Origin: the human T2T-CHM13v2.0 reference genome, Homo sapiens
Assembly (NCBI RefSeq): GCF_009914755.1
Contig: NC_060936.1
DNA length: 64,000 bases
Strand: one strand, 5' to 3'
Position numbers and translations under genes: made by a program. A model generated the notes under the pieces. That model was not told the origin of the DNA. It made no database searches and was given only the letters and a program-made list of their open reading frames with translations. The stretch's first letter is position 1; each line of letters begins with the position of its first letter. Shown here in pieces: positions 27,940 through 42,614 of the stretch.

Positions 27940-28910
27940 TGGACTCCAGCTGAAAATTGTTGTAAAGAATCCTTCGGTTAATAATTACATATAGTTTGCT
28001 TAATGCGTTTTACCGAGGTAACATAGAAGGAGGACTGTGAGATTTGAAGATGATACTTTCGTCCTTTGATCTTTTTTTCTTTTTAATGAAAGAAAATCTG
28101 TGCTTGAGATCATTTCAAGCCTTTTACTCCAGTCAAACAAAGTGACTTCCTAGGTTTTCACCAGCCTATAGATAAACAAGCCCACAAGGGCCCCTTTGTG
28201 GTATGAGATAGGTCTGTTGTATTTTCTGGAGCTCCTTAATGTCATGACAGTATCACTTCTCCTTTGTTGCACAAGCCTTTACCTGAAGGAAAGAAGAAAC
28301 AGCTGGAGAAGCAAAACAGCCTCAAGTTGGGGTATCTGTGTGGCAAAATTGAAATGGTGATAATGGCGGTAGCCAGTAGGAACTTTAAACAGCTGCAAGG
28401 CAGGCAGTAGATAGAAGGATAAGAGTTTGTAACCAAAAGCCACTATCAGCTGAAAGAAGATCACAAACAGAACACAAACAGAAGTGAACTCTTTGAGAAA
28501 AAGAAAACCATGAATCTTTTGTTCACTGGAACTGGTGGTGCCTGCCTGATAAAGGTGTTCAGATTTAGTTTCTTACAGTCTAGATATTCACTGTTCACCA
28601 GGTGTCTCTACATTTGGTTTCTGGTTTTGCAAAAAGAATAACATTTTGAAACTTTATAACTATGTGTTCCCTGTGAAAAGGTCAAGGGTTAACTTTCTGG
28701 TTTGACACTGACCACATCCAAACTAAAGGATCTAGATAGATACTCGGCCCCCAGTTCACACTGGATTGTATCAGCTGGGTTATGCAATGTTTGTCAGGGG
28801 CCCCTTTGTCCAGAGCACAGACAGACCAGTGTGAGTGTTGAATGTTGACAATGTGTGCCAGTGTCCCACTTTTTCTCACTGATATTTTTTGTGCAGCTTT
28901 GATGCAAGAC
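27940..28910. promoter_or_regulatory. Candidate intronic enhancer (CAGCTG E-box plus TCF/LEF motif cluster)
   Basis: Five CAGCTG and three CTTTGWW motifs in about 960 bp of apparently unique sequence; motif evidence only. Confidence 0.35.
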
Positions 28911-28944
28911 TTAAGAGTTGTCAAAAAAAAAAAAAAAGCATGAT

Positions 28945-29215
28945 ATGTTGGGAGGTTAAAGTGGGAGGATCACTTGGAGGCCAGGAGTTTGAGATCAGCT
29001 TGGGCAACATAGTGAGACACCCCCACTGCCATCTCTACAAAATAAAAATTAAAAAACTTAGCTAGGTGTGGTGACATGTGCCCGCAGTCCCAGCTAGTCG
29101 GGAGGCTGAAGCAGGAGGATCACTTGGGCCCAGGAGTTTGAGGTTACAGGTTACAGTGAGCTATATCATGCCACTGCACTCCAGCCTGAGCTACAGAGCA
29201 CCACTCCAGAGTAAG

Positions 29216-29246
<31 letters not shown>

Positions 29247-29247
29247 G
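28945..29247 (+). mobile_element. AluJ-type SINE, 5'-truncated, (gaaaa)n tail
   Basis: Alu body; TSD agcatgata. Confidence 0.9.
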
Positions 29248-29830
29248 AGCATGATAAACATAGGCTGAACCACCAACCCTGCAGATACCATATTGTACCA
29301 ACAAAAGGAGTGCCCTACCCATACATACACAAGGCCAGTTTGGAGGTTTAGGGTATATTGTGCCCCTTTAAAGTTCTATTGTCCTGGTTTTAAAGTATTT
29401 AATTGTACTTCTCCTTCTTCCTTTAAGCACGTCTAAAAATAAAAACATTAGTTTGAATTTACTGATCATTACAAACATGCATTCCTTATCCATTCTCCAT
29501 TCATTTTCCAGGCCATACGTTAGCCTCTGTGCTTCCGTATCAATAAAGTAATGATGAGAGTAGGACTCTGCCTCATCCACACTGCCAATGCCTAGAAAGT
29601 CTCCACTCCATTGCCATCTCTTCTTGGACTGGAGTCAACCCTTAGATCTTCACTTAGCCTTTTTTTCTACATGGTTTCCCTTTTTTTTTCTTTTCACTCT
29701 CTTGAATTCACTTTATTTTTCTCCACGTTATTATTTTTCTTGGATTATACATTCACTCTTTAAGAAGCACTCTACCCTTGATAGGGGCTGTGAGCTCATT
29801 GTCTTTATACATGCCTGGCCTTGTATAAAG

Positions 29831-29872
29831 AGTAATGGCAAAAACCACATTTACTTTTGTACCAACTGAATA
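29831..29872. mobile_element. Half MADE1 (mariner) element
   Basis: agtaatggcaaaaaccacatttacttttgtaccaac resembles the MADE1 arm. Confidence 0.7.
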
Positions 29873-29894
29873 ACTTCTACAGCAGGCCTTCTCA

Positions 29895-30230
<336 letters not shown>

Positions 30231-30396
30231 TCTGAGGATAGGACTCATGCATGCACTAGTGTTTTCTAACTGGCTTAATTGCACAGTTAAGTATTTCCTA
30301 AGTGAAAATTAGGAAAACTATTGACCTGACCTGGAGCATTCCCTCAGATGATCTGCAAAGTATTCTCCAGAACTCTTTTCAAACCTGAAATTACAA

Positions 30397-30797
<401 letters not shown>

Positions 30798-31202
30798 CTA
30801 TTCAGATTTGTTCTGTGGGCCAGCAGCATCAGCACTGCCTAAGAAATGCAGAACACTTGGTCTCAGCTCTGTCTTACTTAAAAAAATCTTCATTTTAACA
30901 AAATCCTAGGTGATTCGTAGGCAAAATGCATTTGAGAAATTAAAATTGTTAGTGTTCTATAACACTAACAAAGTGGTCTACAAATCAAAAATGGTTGAAA
31001 ACGACTGACGTAGATCATTTGCATTCTTTGCTCCACCCATATACACTTGGCTTCCTTGAATAAAGTTTAGGAAATTTGATACACTGAAATTGGTAACATT
31101 GCTGTCAGGAAGAAACAAATTGTGCTCATGTTTCAAGGAATGTTAATTTTCCACTTATTCCACATATACAAAAGATGTTTTGTTCATAATGGAAACACAT
31201 AG

Positions 31203-31521
<319 letters not shown>

Positions 31522-33989
31522 ACTTGTGTTCTTTTAACTCTTCTGATGCTAACAAATTGCTGGGCTAAGGAATAAGAGTGCAGGCCCACAAGCCAGAGCC
31601 CAGAAGCCCAGAGCCTGCCCCTGTACAGTATGTACATTTGGCTTCTGACATGGCAATGACTTCCCAGACACCAATTAGATTTTTTGTAATGTAATCAAAT
31701 ATAACCTAATTTCCTTTCTGTTTTTTGGAAGGGAATAGGAAATGTAATCAGAATTCACAGTAAGCTGTATTTTACCAAAAAACTTTTGGGAGTATAGACA
31801 TTTGAGGACTAGAATCAGATTACAGTGATTTGATGGAAACTCAAAACTTAACCCTCCCATACCCTCACACTTTTATATTAATAGTTAAGAAATCAATCTA
31901 TTTAAAAAATTGCTTCATTTGTGATTGTCATTAATGAATTTTAAGCAACTCACTGTCACTAGTGAAGTTCAAGATGACCAAAGAGAGTTGCATATTCATG
32001 TTTGTCCAGATAACCAGAGTACTATTTAATGCCTGTTGGTTTTTATTCCAAGTGTGCACAAGTGAAGCTAACTGTGGAATTTGCATAATCGCAAAGGTAA
32101 TAGGTTGGCAAATAGAAAATGAAAGAAGAATTAAACATATCTTTATTATTGTCTCTATTCTCCAATTAACTAATATTCATCTTCAGAATATGACTATATT
32201 TTAAAACTCAAGAATAATGTATAATTCCTGCCTGGCACACCAGCTGCCCATACATCTTATTATGATATCATCTTCAGGGCTATAGAACCCACCCCTGGAC
32301 TCTATAAAATGTCAATAACTTCATCGGATTCTGCATGGTAATCTTTTCCTTACAGTAGTCAAAAAAGAGAGAGAAAATAAGTGAGAGGAATGGGTGAGGA
32401 GGAAGACATGGGGCTCACTGTGCTGAGCAGGAGGTAAGACAAGCCTAGAACCAGGAGCAGTTTTCTCCCATTAATATCCAGGAGGCTATTGGGCTTCAGA
32501 CATGGGATATAGAATGGGAAGGAAGTAACAGAAGACAAGGAAGTGTAAGCAGACCAAAAGAAAGAAGATGAGGTAGCCAAAAGAATAAGATTAAAGGATC
32601 AAAGGGGTTAAAAAAACAGTGGTTTTAGTATTGGTGATATTCCTTCCACTAAAATAGTCTCCAGAAACAGAAATCACAAGCCTATACAATAAAAATGAAC
32701 CGTGACTTTAGTTTGTTTTGCTTTCTTCACAAAAGTGCCAGGGTATTAGGTACGTATTGGGATGGAGGTGAACTTAGAAGTTCTAGAGGCCAAAGCATTT
32801 GTCTATTGCACAGTGAAGCGTTCACTTCACGGAACCATATGCAGATCAGCACCCAGTGAATTCTTATGAGGAGGAAAAGTTTTGCCCGGACTCTTCTCCA
32901 ATTTAAACATTGGGGAGAATTATTTTAACAGGAAAAGCTCCTTCTACATAATGTTTACAAGAAGAGAGAGCTAAAATTGGAGCATTGTCCACAGAATCAT
33001 ATAAGGAGGGAAAAGTGAATACTTTATGCAATAGCCATGCATGAAAGATTCTTATATCAGGTTACCTGCCAGTCCTGTGATAAATTGCATGCATGGCAGT
33101 CATATCAGAGAAATAAAGAGAATATGGGTATTATGGAATGAGAAGTAAAATAAATTTTTTTAAAGCTTGTGGTGTAAAATGAAGGTTAACTTTGGAAAGT
33201 AGATTGAACTCTTGGTTACAGAGATGACTACCATATAAGTGAGGCACAGTCTTTCTGCCTTTTCAGGATAAACACGGTCTGTGATCAGTTGTGAAAAGAC
33301 ACATAAGGAAAGCAGCAGAGAATGTGAATATTGCAAAGACAAAATCAGAATGTGGAATTGAATGCACTTCCATGGTTATCAAAGCAGCAGCCTCCCATAT
33401 TTACTAAACAGTTTTACTTCCATCATCATGCTTTATCCTCACAGAAACCTCATGAAGTAGGTGCTGAGATTATTCCCTCCTTAGTACTGAGGAAGCAAAG
33501 AGTGCAGAGAGGTCAGCTGATCTTCCCAAGGTCACATGATTTGTAACGGAGTCAGGCTAGAGGTGAGTCTGGGATAAGAACCCTAGTTTGCCACCAGATT
33601 CCAGAATCTGACCATTTCACCACCACATTATCTTACCTCCCTCAGAGAATCCTCTGCAGAAAATGGGCACTGATGAAAAGAAGGAAAGGCTTAACAGAAA
33701 CACATATTATACCTGTAGACATATAATTGTGAATGTTTATAAAAAGAAAGGGAAGTTGGAATGCTGGAAAACAGAAAGAAATAAATGAAAGAAGGGAAGG
33801 CAACAATATCAAAGCGTGAGCCAGTCAGCCTTTTCAAGTGTTTCTGTGTGCATTTAGTTGTCTGGTCCCTCACTACCTATGAGGTAGAAACTGTCTCCAC
33901 TTTTCTGATGAGGAAACCGTAGGTGAGAAAGTGAAAGGCATCCTACTGCTAATGCAAAAGTAAGGATTGATTAGACAAAGACAAGAAAG

Positions 33990-34600
33990 AAGAACATTCC
34001 AGACAGAGGGAACTATGTGTGCAACTCCTTATATTGGTGGGGGAAGCCTGGTATATCAAGAAACAGAAGGTCAGTGCAGCTGAAGCAGAAGTGAGGTGGA
34101 GAGACGTGCAAGAAGAGCACATCTAGTGAGGCAGGTGGAGGCCAGACCCCTTGAAAGATATTTGGGACATGTCAAGGATTTCAGTCTTTACTGTAAAAGC
34201 AATGGGAATCTGTTGGAGGGTTTTAAGGCTGGCAGGTGGGGGTACTCAGATCTGTGTCATTGCAATAGTCTAGGAGAGAAAGGAGAACTTCATCAGGTTA
34301 GGGACGGTGGAGATGAAGAAAGGGAGATGGATTCGAGAAATATCTAGGAGATGAAATTACCAGTGTTTGGTAATGAATTGGCTATGAAGAATGAAGCAGA
34401 AAGAAGTGTGGAGAATAATTTCTAAGTTTCTGATTTATACAGCCATGTGCTTACTGAAGCCAGTCACTGGGCAAGACACACTGGGAGACGGCTATACATA
34501 TTTGGGGAGTGTGTGGTTCCAGGATAATGAGTTTGGTCTTGAGCACTTGTGTTTGAGGAGGAACAACTAAGTACAGATGTCACATAGTTTGAAATCCAGA
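33990..34600. mobile_element. L2 LINE relic
   Basis: gaacattccagacagagggaac...agcaatgggaatc...gatggattcgagaaatatctaggag. Confidence 0.65.
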
Positions 34601-36726
34601 TCTGGATGGAAAGAAAAAAAAAAAGTAAAATCTAGTTTAGGTTCCCCAACCATGCATTCCTCTTCACCTAACACTTCATTATAATGATTGATTTGTCTGA
34701 CTACCCTTTAGAAAACATGCTCCATAATGGCTGGGACCATGCCTCCCTGGTTTACTGCTAAATCTTCAGCACCAGGTAGAGTAGCTAGGACAAAGAAAGC
34801 ACTAGGACATACGTATCAGACTGAACTGAAACCTCAAACTCTTAAGTGTTGATCTAGACAGCTGCTCAGACAAGATCGGGCACATTCAAGGTGATAGGGC
34901 CATAGGCTAGACAGCCACTCAAGATCAGTTCATCTCCCCTAGTTTAACTGTAACCTGGATTCATTCATCTCCCTGGCTCCAAACTCTTACCTCTGTACCC
35001 TGGCTTTCCCACATGCCTTTCCTGGGCTGGGAGTTGGACCCAGTGGTTCCTGCAGAGATTTTAGAGTTGATCTATCTGCCAGAATTAGTTTTCCCATTGT
35101 CTCAACTGAGGACTCCCCATTCCAAGAGTAAGACACAGGAAAGAACCATGATATTAAGTCTTGGAAGGTTAATGAGATTCAGATAGGCAGTGGGTAGGGG
35201 ATGCTCATGAACAAAAGGCCCAGAAGTACTGTGGGAAAGAGCCAGAAAAGAGACTTGACTGGGACAGAGAAATGAGGTAAAAGTTTGGCCAGATAAGGTA
35301 AGTAGAGAGCTTTGAATATCAGAATGGAAAGTTAGGGTTTAAAAGGAATGATAATGTGGAAGAACTGTAGATTTCTAACAGGGAAATTATTTAAGGTGTA
35401 ACTTCAGGGAGATTAATCTGGCAGCAGCCTACAGGATTAATTGAAGAGATAAGAGATCAAAGGCAAAAGGACCAGCTCAGAGGCTGTTGCAGTAATGCAG
35501 GTGTGAAGAGATAAGAGAATTAACTAGACAGTGGAAATGGAAAGTCTCGGAGATGAAGATAAATGGAAAGAACTTAGTGAATGATTGGCTGGAAGGCAAT
35601 GGAAGATTCGAAAATGACCCCTAGATTTTAAACCCTGGTGATACCTGGAAGACTAATAGTGCCCCTGATAGAAAAAGGGTCTTCGTTTTCTATGAAGAAA
35701 AATAAAACTGAAGAAGTTATTGCTCACATTACATTGGCTGTAGATCATCTCCTTGCTACAGTATTCACAGCAGTGGTGATCTCTGAGCTCACCAAGCAAC
35801 TTTTAATGTGATTTGACTTTAAAATATATTCCTTATTGGAGTCTTGCACTCCTCAAAGATGCCAGAGAGACAGAGGTTTGGTTCCTTTAGACATTTCATC
35901 TGGCTGCTAGTCAAGACAGCTGATTAGTCTCTAAATTACTGCACTTCAATGAACCTGTAGACTTTATCTCTCCCCAACCTGGAGAGGGAGAAAGGGGAAA
36001 TTTTTTTTTTTCTTTGTCTTTTTTTTTTCTTCGTCTTTTTTTTTTTCTTCTTCTTTTTTTTTTTTTTGTTAACCATTTCAGAGGTAAGTCTAAAGCAATA
36101 ATTTTTCTTCCTACTGGCCTCATTAAGTTTACCAGTAAATAAGATGGTGATTAGAAAGACAAAAGCACAAATTTCCCATATAAGCAATCATGTTATTTAA
36201 TATCTTCCTAGATAGGCTTAATATCTCCCTGGATATTAATTTGGAATCACACATTATGGTCTCCATAAATATTAAAAAAAAAAAAACCACCACCACAACA
36301 AAAGTGACCCTGGTGTTATTGCAAAGAATTAATATAAATCAATATGGATTCAAGCTGTAAGAGTACATATAGATTAAATAATAGGCCGATAGTATTATAA
36401 TAGTTCTGTGACAAATTTAGCTCCAATGATCCACTGATTCCAGGGCAATAAAATTTCAATGCAGTAAAATTTTATCACAACAAAAAATGTATGTACTTTG
36501 TTAAACTGTAATATATGCAGATACAGAACCACACGATTTTCACTTTATTGAAAAAGTAAAATAATAATCAAGAATGCTTTTATTTCTTAAAATTTATAAA
36601 TGAACTATATTGCTGTGGTTTTTTGGCTTTCCTGACTTGTTCAAAGTGGTCTCACAAAATGTACAATGTACTGTTTAAGAGGGTTGGTCACCTCTTTAAA
36701 ACTTATTTTTTTAAAATGCTCATCCA

Positions 36727-36875
36727 GGCCAGGAGCCGTGGCTCACACCTGTAAACCCAGCACTTTGGGAAGCCGAGGCAGGAGGATTGCTTGAGCCCAG
36801 GAGTTCAAGACCAGCCTAGGCAACATGGCAAGACCCCATCTCTACAAAAGTAACAAAATAAAAATAAAAATAAAT
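36727..36875 (+). mobile_element. FLAM / Alu left monomer
   Basis: Single arm plus A-rich tail; TSD aatgctcatcca. Confidence 0.88.
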
Positions 36876-36895
36876 CTTTTTATAATGCTCATCCA

Positions 36896-37200
36896 GCCGG
36901 GCACAGTGGCTCACCCCTGTAGTCCTAACACTTTCGGAGGCCAAGGCGGGAGGATCACTTGAGATCAGGAGTTTGAGACCAACCTGGCCAACATGGTGAA
37001 ACCCTGTCTCTACCAAAAAATACAAAAAATTAGCTGGGCATGGTGGTGTACACCTGTGGTCCCAGCTGCTCTGCTGGGGAGGCTGAGGTGGAAGAATCAC
37101 TTGAACCCAAGAGCAGAGGTTGCAGTGAGCTGAGATCCTGCCACTGCACTCCAGCGTGAGTGACAGAGTGAGACCCTGTCTCAAAAAAATAAATAAATAA
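36896..37200 (+). mobile_element. Alu SINE, full length
   Basis: Dimeric Alu; TSD aatgctcatcca. Confidence 0.95.
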
Positions 37201-37730
37201 AATGCTCATCCAAATATAAAATAGCAGTATCAGTCATAAAAATGCATTGCTTCATAACTCTGTTTATTACAAGAATCCCTATAAACCGTATTATGCAGCT
37301 GCAAGATTCTTCACACTTTTGGCTTTTTTTTTTCTCCAAGTCATCCATGTTAATAATTGACATTATTACAGTCATCTCAGATATGGAATTAACCAAGATC
37401 AATGGCTTATCTTTTGACTAACACTTTACTTCTTATAGTTAATGGCTCATCAAAGACATTCTTAAACAAAGATACAGATTTGTGTGATACATTGACAAGG
37501 TGTCATATACGAGATATGTATAAAGGGCCATTTTCTGGAACAACAATAGCAATAATGATCTGATACATTCTCTAATCTTTACAATAACACCATTTATAAG
37601 TGGAAAGTTTTTTCAGGGAGTATGGAGCAGATTGGCAAAATGTTTCTTGTAAAAGAGAAAATTTGCATTATTAACCTTTTCACATAGAAATATTAGGAAG
37701 AAAACTTTAAACACAAAGAAAACGAGCTTA

Positions 37731-38070
<340 letters not shown>

Positions 38071-39478
38071 TAACTGTTTGCCTGTTACCTTCTAGCTCTT
38101 TGCCACATAGAACACATTGATATGACAGAACCGCATTCACAGTGAACATGGAGTTATGTTTTATTTTTATTTTACCTAATACTGGGTGACATTCATCTCT
38201 GTTCTCGCATCCATCCAGTTGCCCAGGCCAGAATGCTGAGTCACCATAGCTTCCTCACCTTCCTCTCTGGCCACATCTGGGGAGTCACCAAGTTCTGCCA
38301 GGCCCACATACTTAACATCTCTCATAGTAGGCCCTTCCTCACCATTTTCACACTTCCTTCAGGCACTGATCTTTCTCACCCTGATGACTGCAACTGCCTT
38401 GGTAATGTACTTTCCCACTAGGCCCTCCTACACACTGCTATTAGAGTGACCTTTCTACAGCACATGTATTATGAGGGCCTCCAGTCAGAAAGCCTACAAC
38501 ACCCCCATTTCAGAGAAACACTTTCATGCAAACCTTGAAGACTGCTGGGAGAGGATAAGTCATTTCTTGTAGGCAGGTAGCCCAGAAACCTGGGAGTGAT
38601 GTCATCCAGACTCCACTTACTTTGGATACTCAAAGTTATTGAGGCCCCTCAGGGTGAACTTGATGGTTTTGACCAGGTCCAGTGGTGGGAGAGGCAACCA
38701 CTGGGACCGTAAGAGACAGTCCCCTTGGCCAAGCAGCTTGAGCAGCAGCGCCTCTTCAGTAATTGCGGAGTCTTCAACCTCAAGCCCTCCCTCCAGAGAA
38801 GGAGTGATTTCAACACACACCCGAAAGTCATACCATGACCCTTCCTCATCAGTTGTAGCCCTCTAAGTAACATTGCAAAGACTCATACTTAATAAAAACT
38901 CCGTTCTTGCACCAGGTGTTATAATATTTTTCCTCAGCCATTTTAGCCTTTTGGACACCAACTATTCTATTGCTGGCCTAACACAGAAGATGTGCATCCT
39001 CTTTTCTCTGTGATGGAAACCTTGCTATAATACTAATTAAAACATGCAGTGTAGCTGCTGAACATAGATTAAAGAATGTATGGTAAATAGAGAAACACCA
39101 GCCCATATGGCAAGAAAATGGCAATCTCCCATAGACAGATGTGAAATGACAAAGGGTTAAGAAACTTCAGGAAGAATAAAATAAATTTTTAAAGGGAAAA
39201 ATATGATACCACTTCCTAAATTTGAAGGTTTTCCTCAAATAATAAAGTCTGTCATTAAACAGTAGAATGCTTACTGTTTACAAAACACATTCGTATTTTC
39301 TCACTTAATTCCCAAAGCAATTCTGTGACATGTGATTCTGCCTTATACATGTGAACATTGACCCACAAAGAGAGATATCAATATGCCCTCAAATCTTGGA
39401 ATTAAATGACAGTATCTTGACTTAAATCTGTGTCTCAAGTCTCCCGATTCAGTGCACTTTCCAGTTTACCACATGGTA

Positions 39479-39618
39479 ATAGGTGCATGCCACCACACCC
39501 AGCTAATTTTTTTGTATTTTTAGTAGAGACAGGGTTTCCCCATGTTTGCCAGGCTGGTCTTGAACTCCTGACCTCAGGTGATCTGCCTGCCTTGGCCTCC
39601 CAAAGTGCTAGGCCTCAA
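39479..39618 (-). repeat. Inverted copy of 37785-37924 (Alu fragment plus flank)
   Basis: 139/140 identical to the reverse complement; no tail or TSD. Confidence 0.93.
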
Positions 39619-40034
39619 TTATGTAGGTGGCTGTAGATGGCATAAGATGTAGGGAAAATTTTTGTTTTACCTATAAATTATATATACTATATACTATAAA
39701 CTATATGTAACAGACCCCCCCCAAAAGGACCATAAAGTGGGTGCTATTTCCGATATAGTGATCACTTTTCAGATGGCATTTCAAGATCACAATTAAGAGC
39801 TTTTATCTGAATGAAGGCAAGGCCACTCATTATTGAAAGTGTTTTACTTTGCTGCACATAACTGCAGACAGGTTTGGGGCTGCCTCTGTCACAATTTCAA
39901 TGGATGCGTAAATGGCCAAGATGCCAAGATCATTGCTAGAAACTTTCTCTGAAAATGCCATCACTTCTTTGACCTTCAAAATGCAGATATTATAATCAGT
40001 GGTGTATCAGGAACAAAACTATTTGCCTTGTTGC

Positions 40035-40036
<2 letters not shown>

Positions 40037-40068
<32 letters not shown>
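40037..40068. repeat. (TG)16 microsatellite
   Basis: Read directly. Confidence 0.95.
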
Positions 40069-40076
<8 letters not shown>

Positions 40077-40564
40077 TAGATACATATACACATGCATAGC
40101 AATAATAGTAAAGGCTGAAAAAATAAGGGTGACTTCTATAAGTCTAATTGCAGGCACCTCTAAGTTATTTCTATTATGAGGGTTGAAAGAAATAGCCTGC
40201 ATTTCTCAGAACTGAAATTCACTGACAATCCAGCACTCATTTTGGCCACTTTTGCTTAAGCAAAATTTGAATTTACCTTTATTTTTCTGAATGGTTTCAA
40301 TGGTCAAAAGACAAAAATACAAAGTGTTAACCAGCTTCACATAATAATATTTAAAATCATTAAGGTACTTTAGATTTACAAAGTCCTGTTGTGTTATTTC
40401 CTTAATCAGAAAGCAACCCTATAAGATGGGAGTTATCCCTGTTTTACAGATGTGAAAGCTGAGGTCTGTTGATTTGGCCAAGGTCATACAGCTTCTAGAA
40501 TTGGCTGGAACCTGGTACTTCCCATTCCAAATCTCTGCACTAATTTATGGATTCTAAGGTGCCT

Positions 40565-40592
<28 letters not shown>
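40565..40592. repeat. (AC)14 microsatellite
   Basis: Read directly. Confidence 0.95.
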
Positions 40593-40595
<3 letters not shown>

Positions 40596-40989
40596 CTGTG
40601 ACTTGCACAAAATGGAAATAACAAAGACATACTTAAAAGCAGAACTATATAGTGTAGTTATTTTTGTTGCTACTGATAATAAGTCTATTATGGAACCATA
40701 TTTTATATGTGTATGTCTTCTTGTACCAGATAGTGATGTTTATCTTATACCCGACTGTTAAAATATTGCATTTTTCAAGCATATGAATAGAGAATGTTCA
40801 GCTGCCTGAAAAGACCAGATTGACGTAATATGAACTCTTTGTTTACTTGCTGAATGGACACAGCTTCTGCCCTGTCAGCTGCTTTGTCCACAGTCTTAAC
40901 CTTGTTGTGGAAGAACCACCTGTGTGAGTGACTGGATAGTTAATTCTATACTCCTGTTTACCCTTGGGGTCTTCTGTTAAGAGTAAATC

Positions 40990-41346
40990 ACATATAGAAG
41001 CAGAGTGTAGAATAGTGGTCGCCAGGGGCTGGGAGTGGGAGTGGTTGAGTGGGGAGATGTTGGAGAAGGGGTACAAAGCTTCAGTTAGACAGGATGAATA
41101 ACTTCTGAAGAGCCATTGTATGGCATGGTGACTACAGTTAATAATAATATATTGTATACTTGAAAATTGCTAATAGATTAGATCTTAAATGTTGTCACCA
41201 CAAAAAAATGTTAAGTATGTGAGGTGATGGATATGTTAATTAGCTTGATTTAATCATTTTACAATGTATACATATATCAAAACATCACATTGTACACCAT
41301 AAATATATGCAATTTTTATTTGTCAATTATTCCTTAACAAAGCTGG
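40990..41346 (+). mobile_element. L1MA-type 3' UTR fragment
   Basis: gaagcagagtgtagaatagtgg...gaggtgatggatatgttaattagcttgattt...aacatcacattgtacaccataaat. Confidence 0.85.
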
Positions 41347-41837
41347 AGGAGGAAATTAAATCAGATAATGCCTTTGAGTGTGAACAATATACCTGAATTA
41401 GGTTTAGACCACTGAGGCCAGGTGGATATGAACTCTAAAACACTGCATTTAGAAGGAGTATCATTTATTGAGAGCTTCTTATATGAAGAAACTGTTTAGT
41501 AGAGAGATGTGTTAATGCTTCACTCAGGACATCTGAAGGTCTATGCTGTTGAGCATTAAATCTGGGAATATTAGTATTTAGAGTGTTCGATCTCTGAAGA
41601 ATTCTCCTGTCTTACTCATTTCATTTCAGATAGCAAATTGGTATAAGATAATAGTGTGGAGGCCAGATTATATCCTTTTTTCTGGGGGGAAAAGAAACGT
41701 GATTCATAAAAGATATTTGTCCAGAGAAATGGCTATATTAACGTTGGGAACTGATACCTGGGTCACTTCAAGATACAGCAGAAACTTTGGTAGGAACATA
41801 AAATACCAAAGAAGACAATCCTATGACTTCATGCTGA

Positions 41838-42614
<777 letters not shown>

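Noticed and set aside
35911-36187. Lys/Arg-rich NLS-like ORFs on the - strand
   Set aside because: Simple translation of the poly(T/C) tract.
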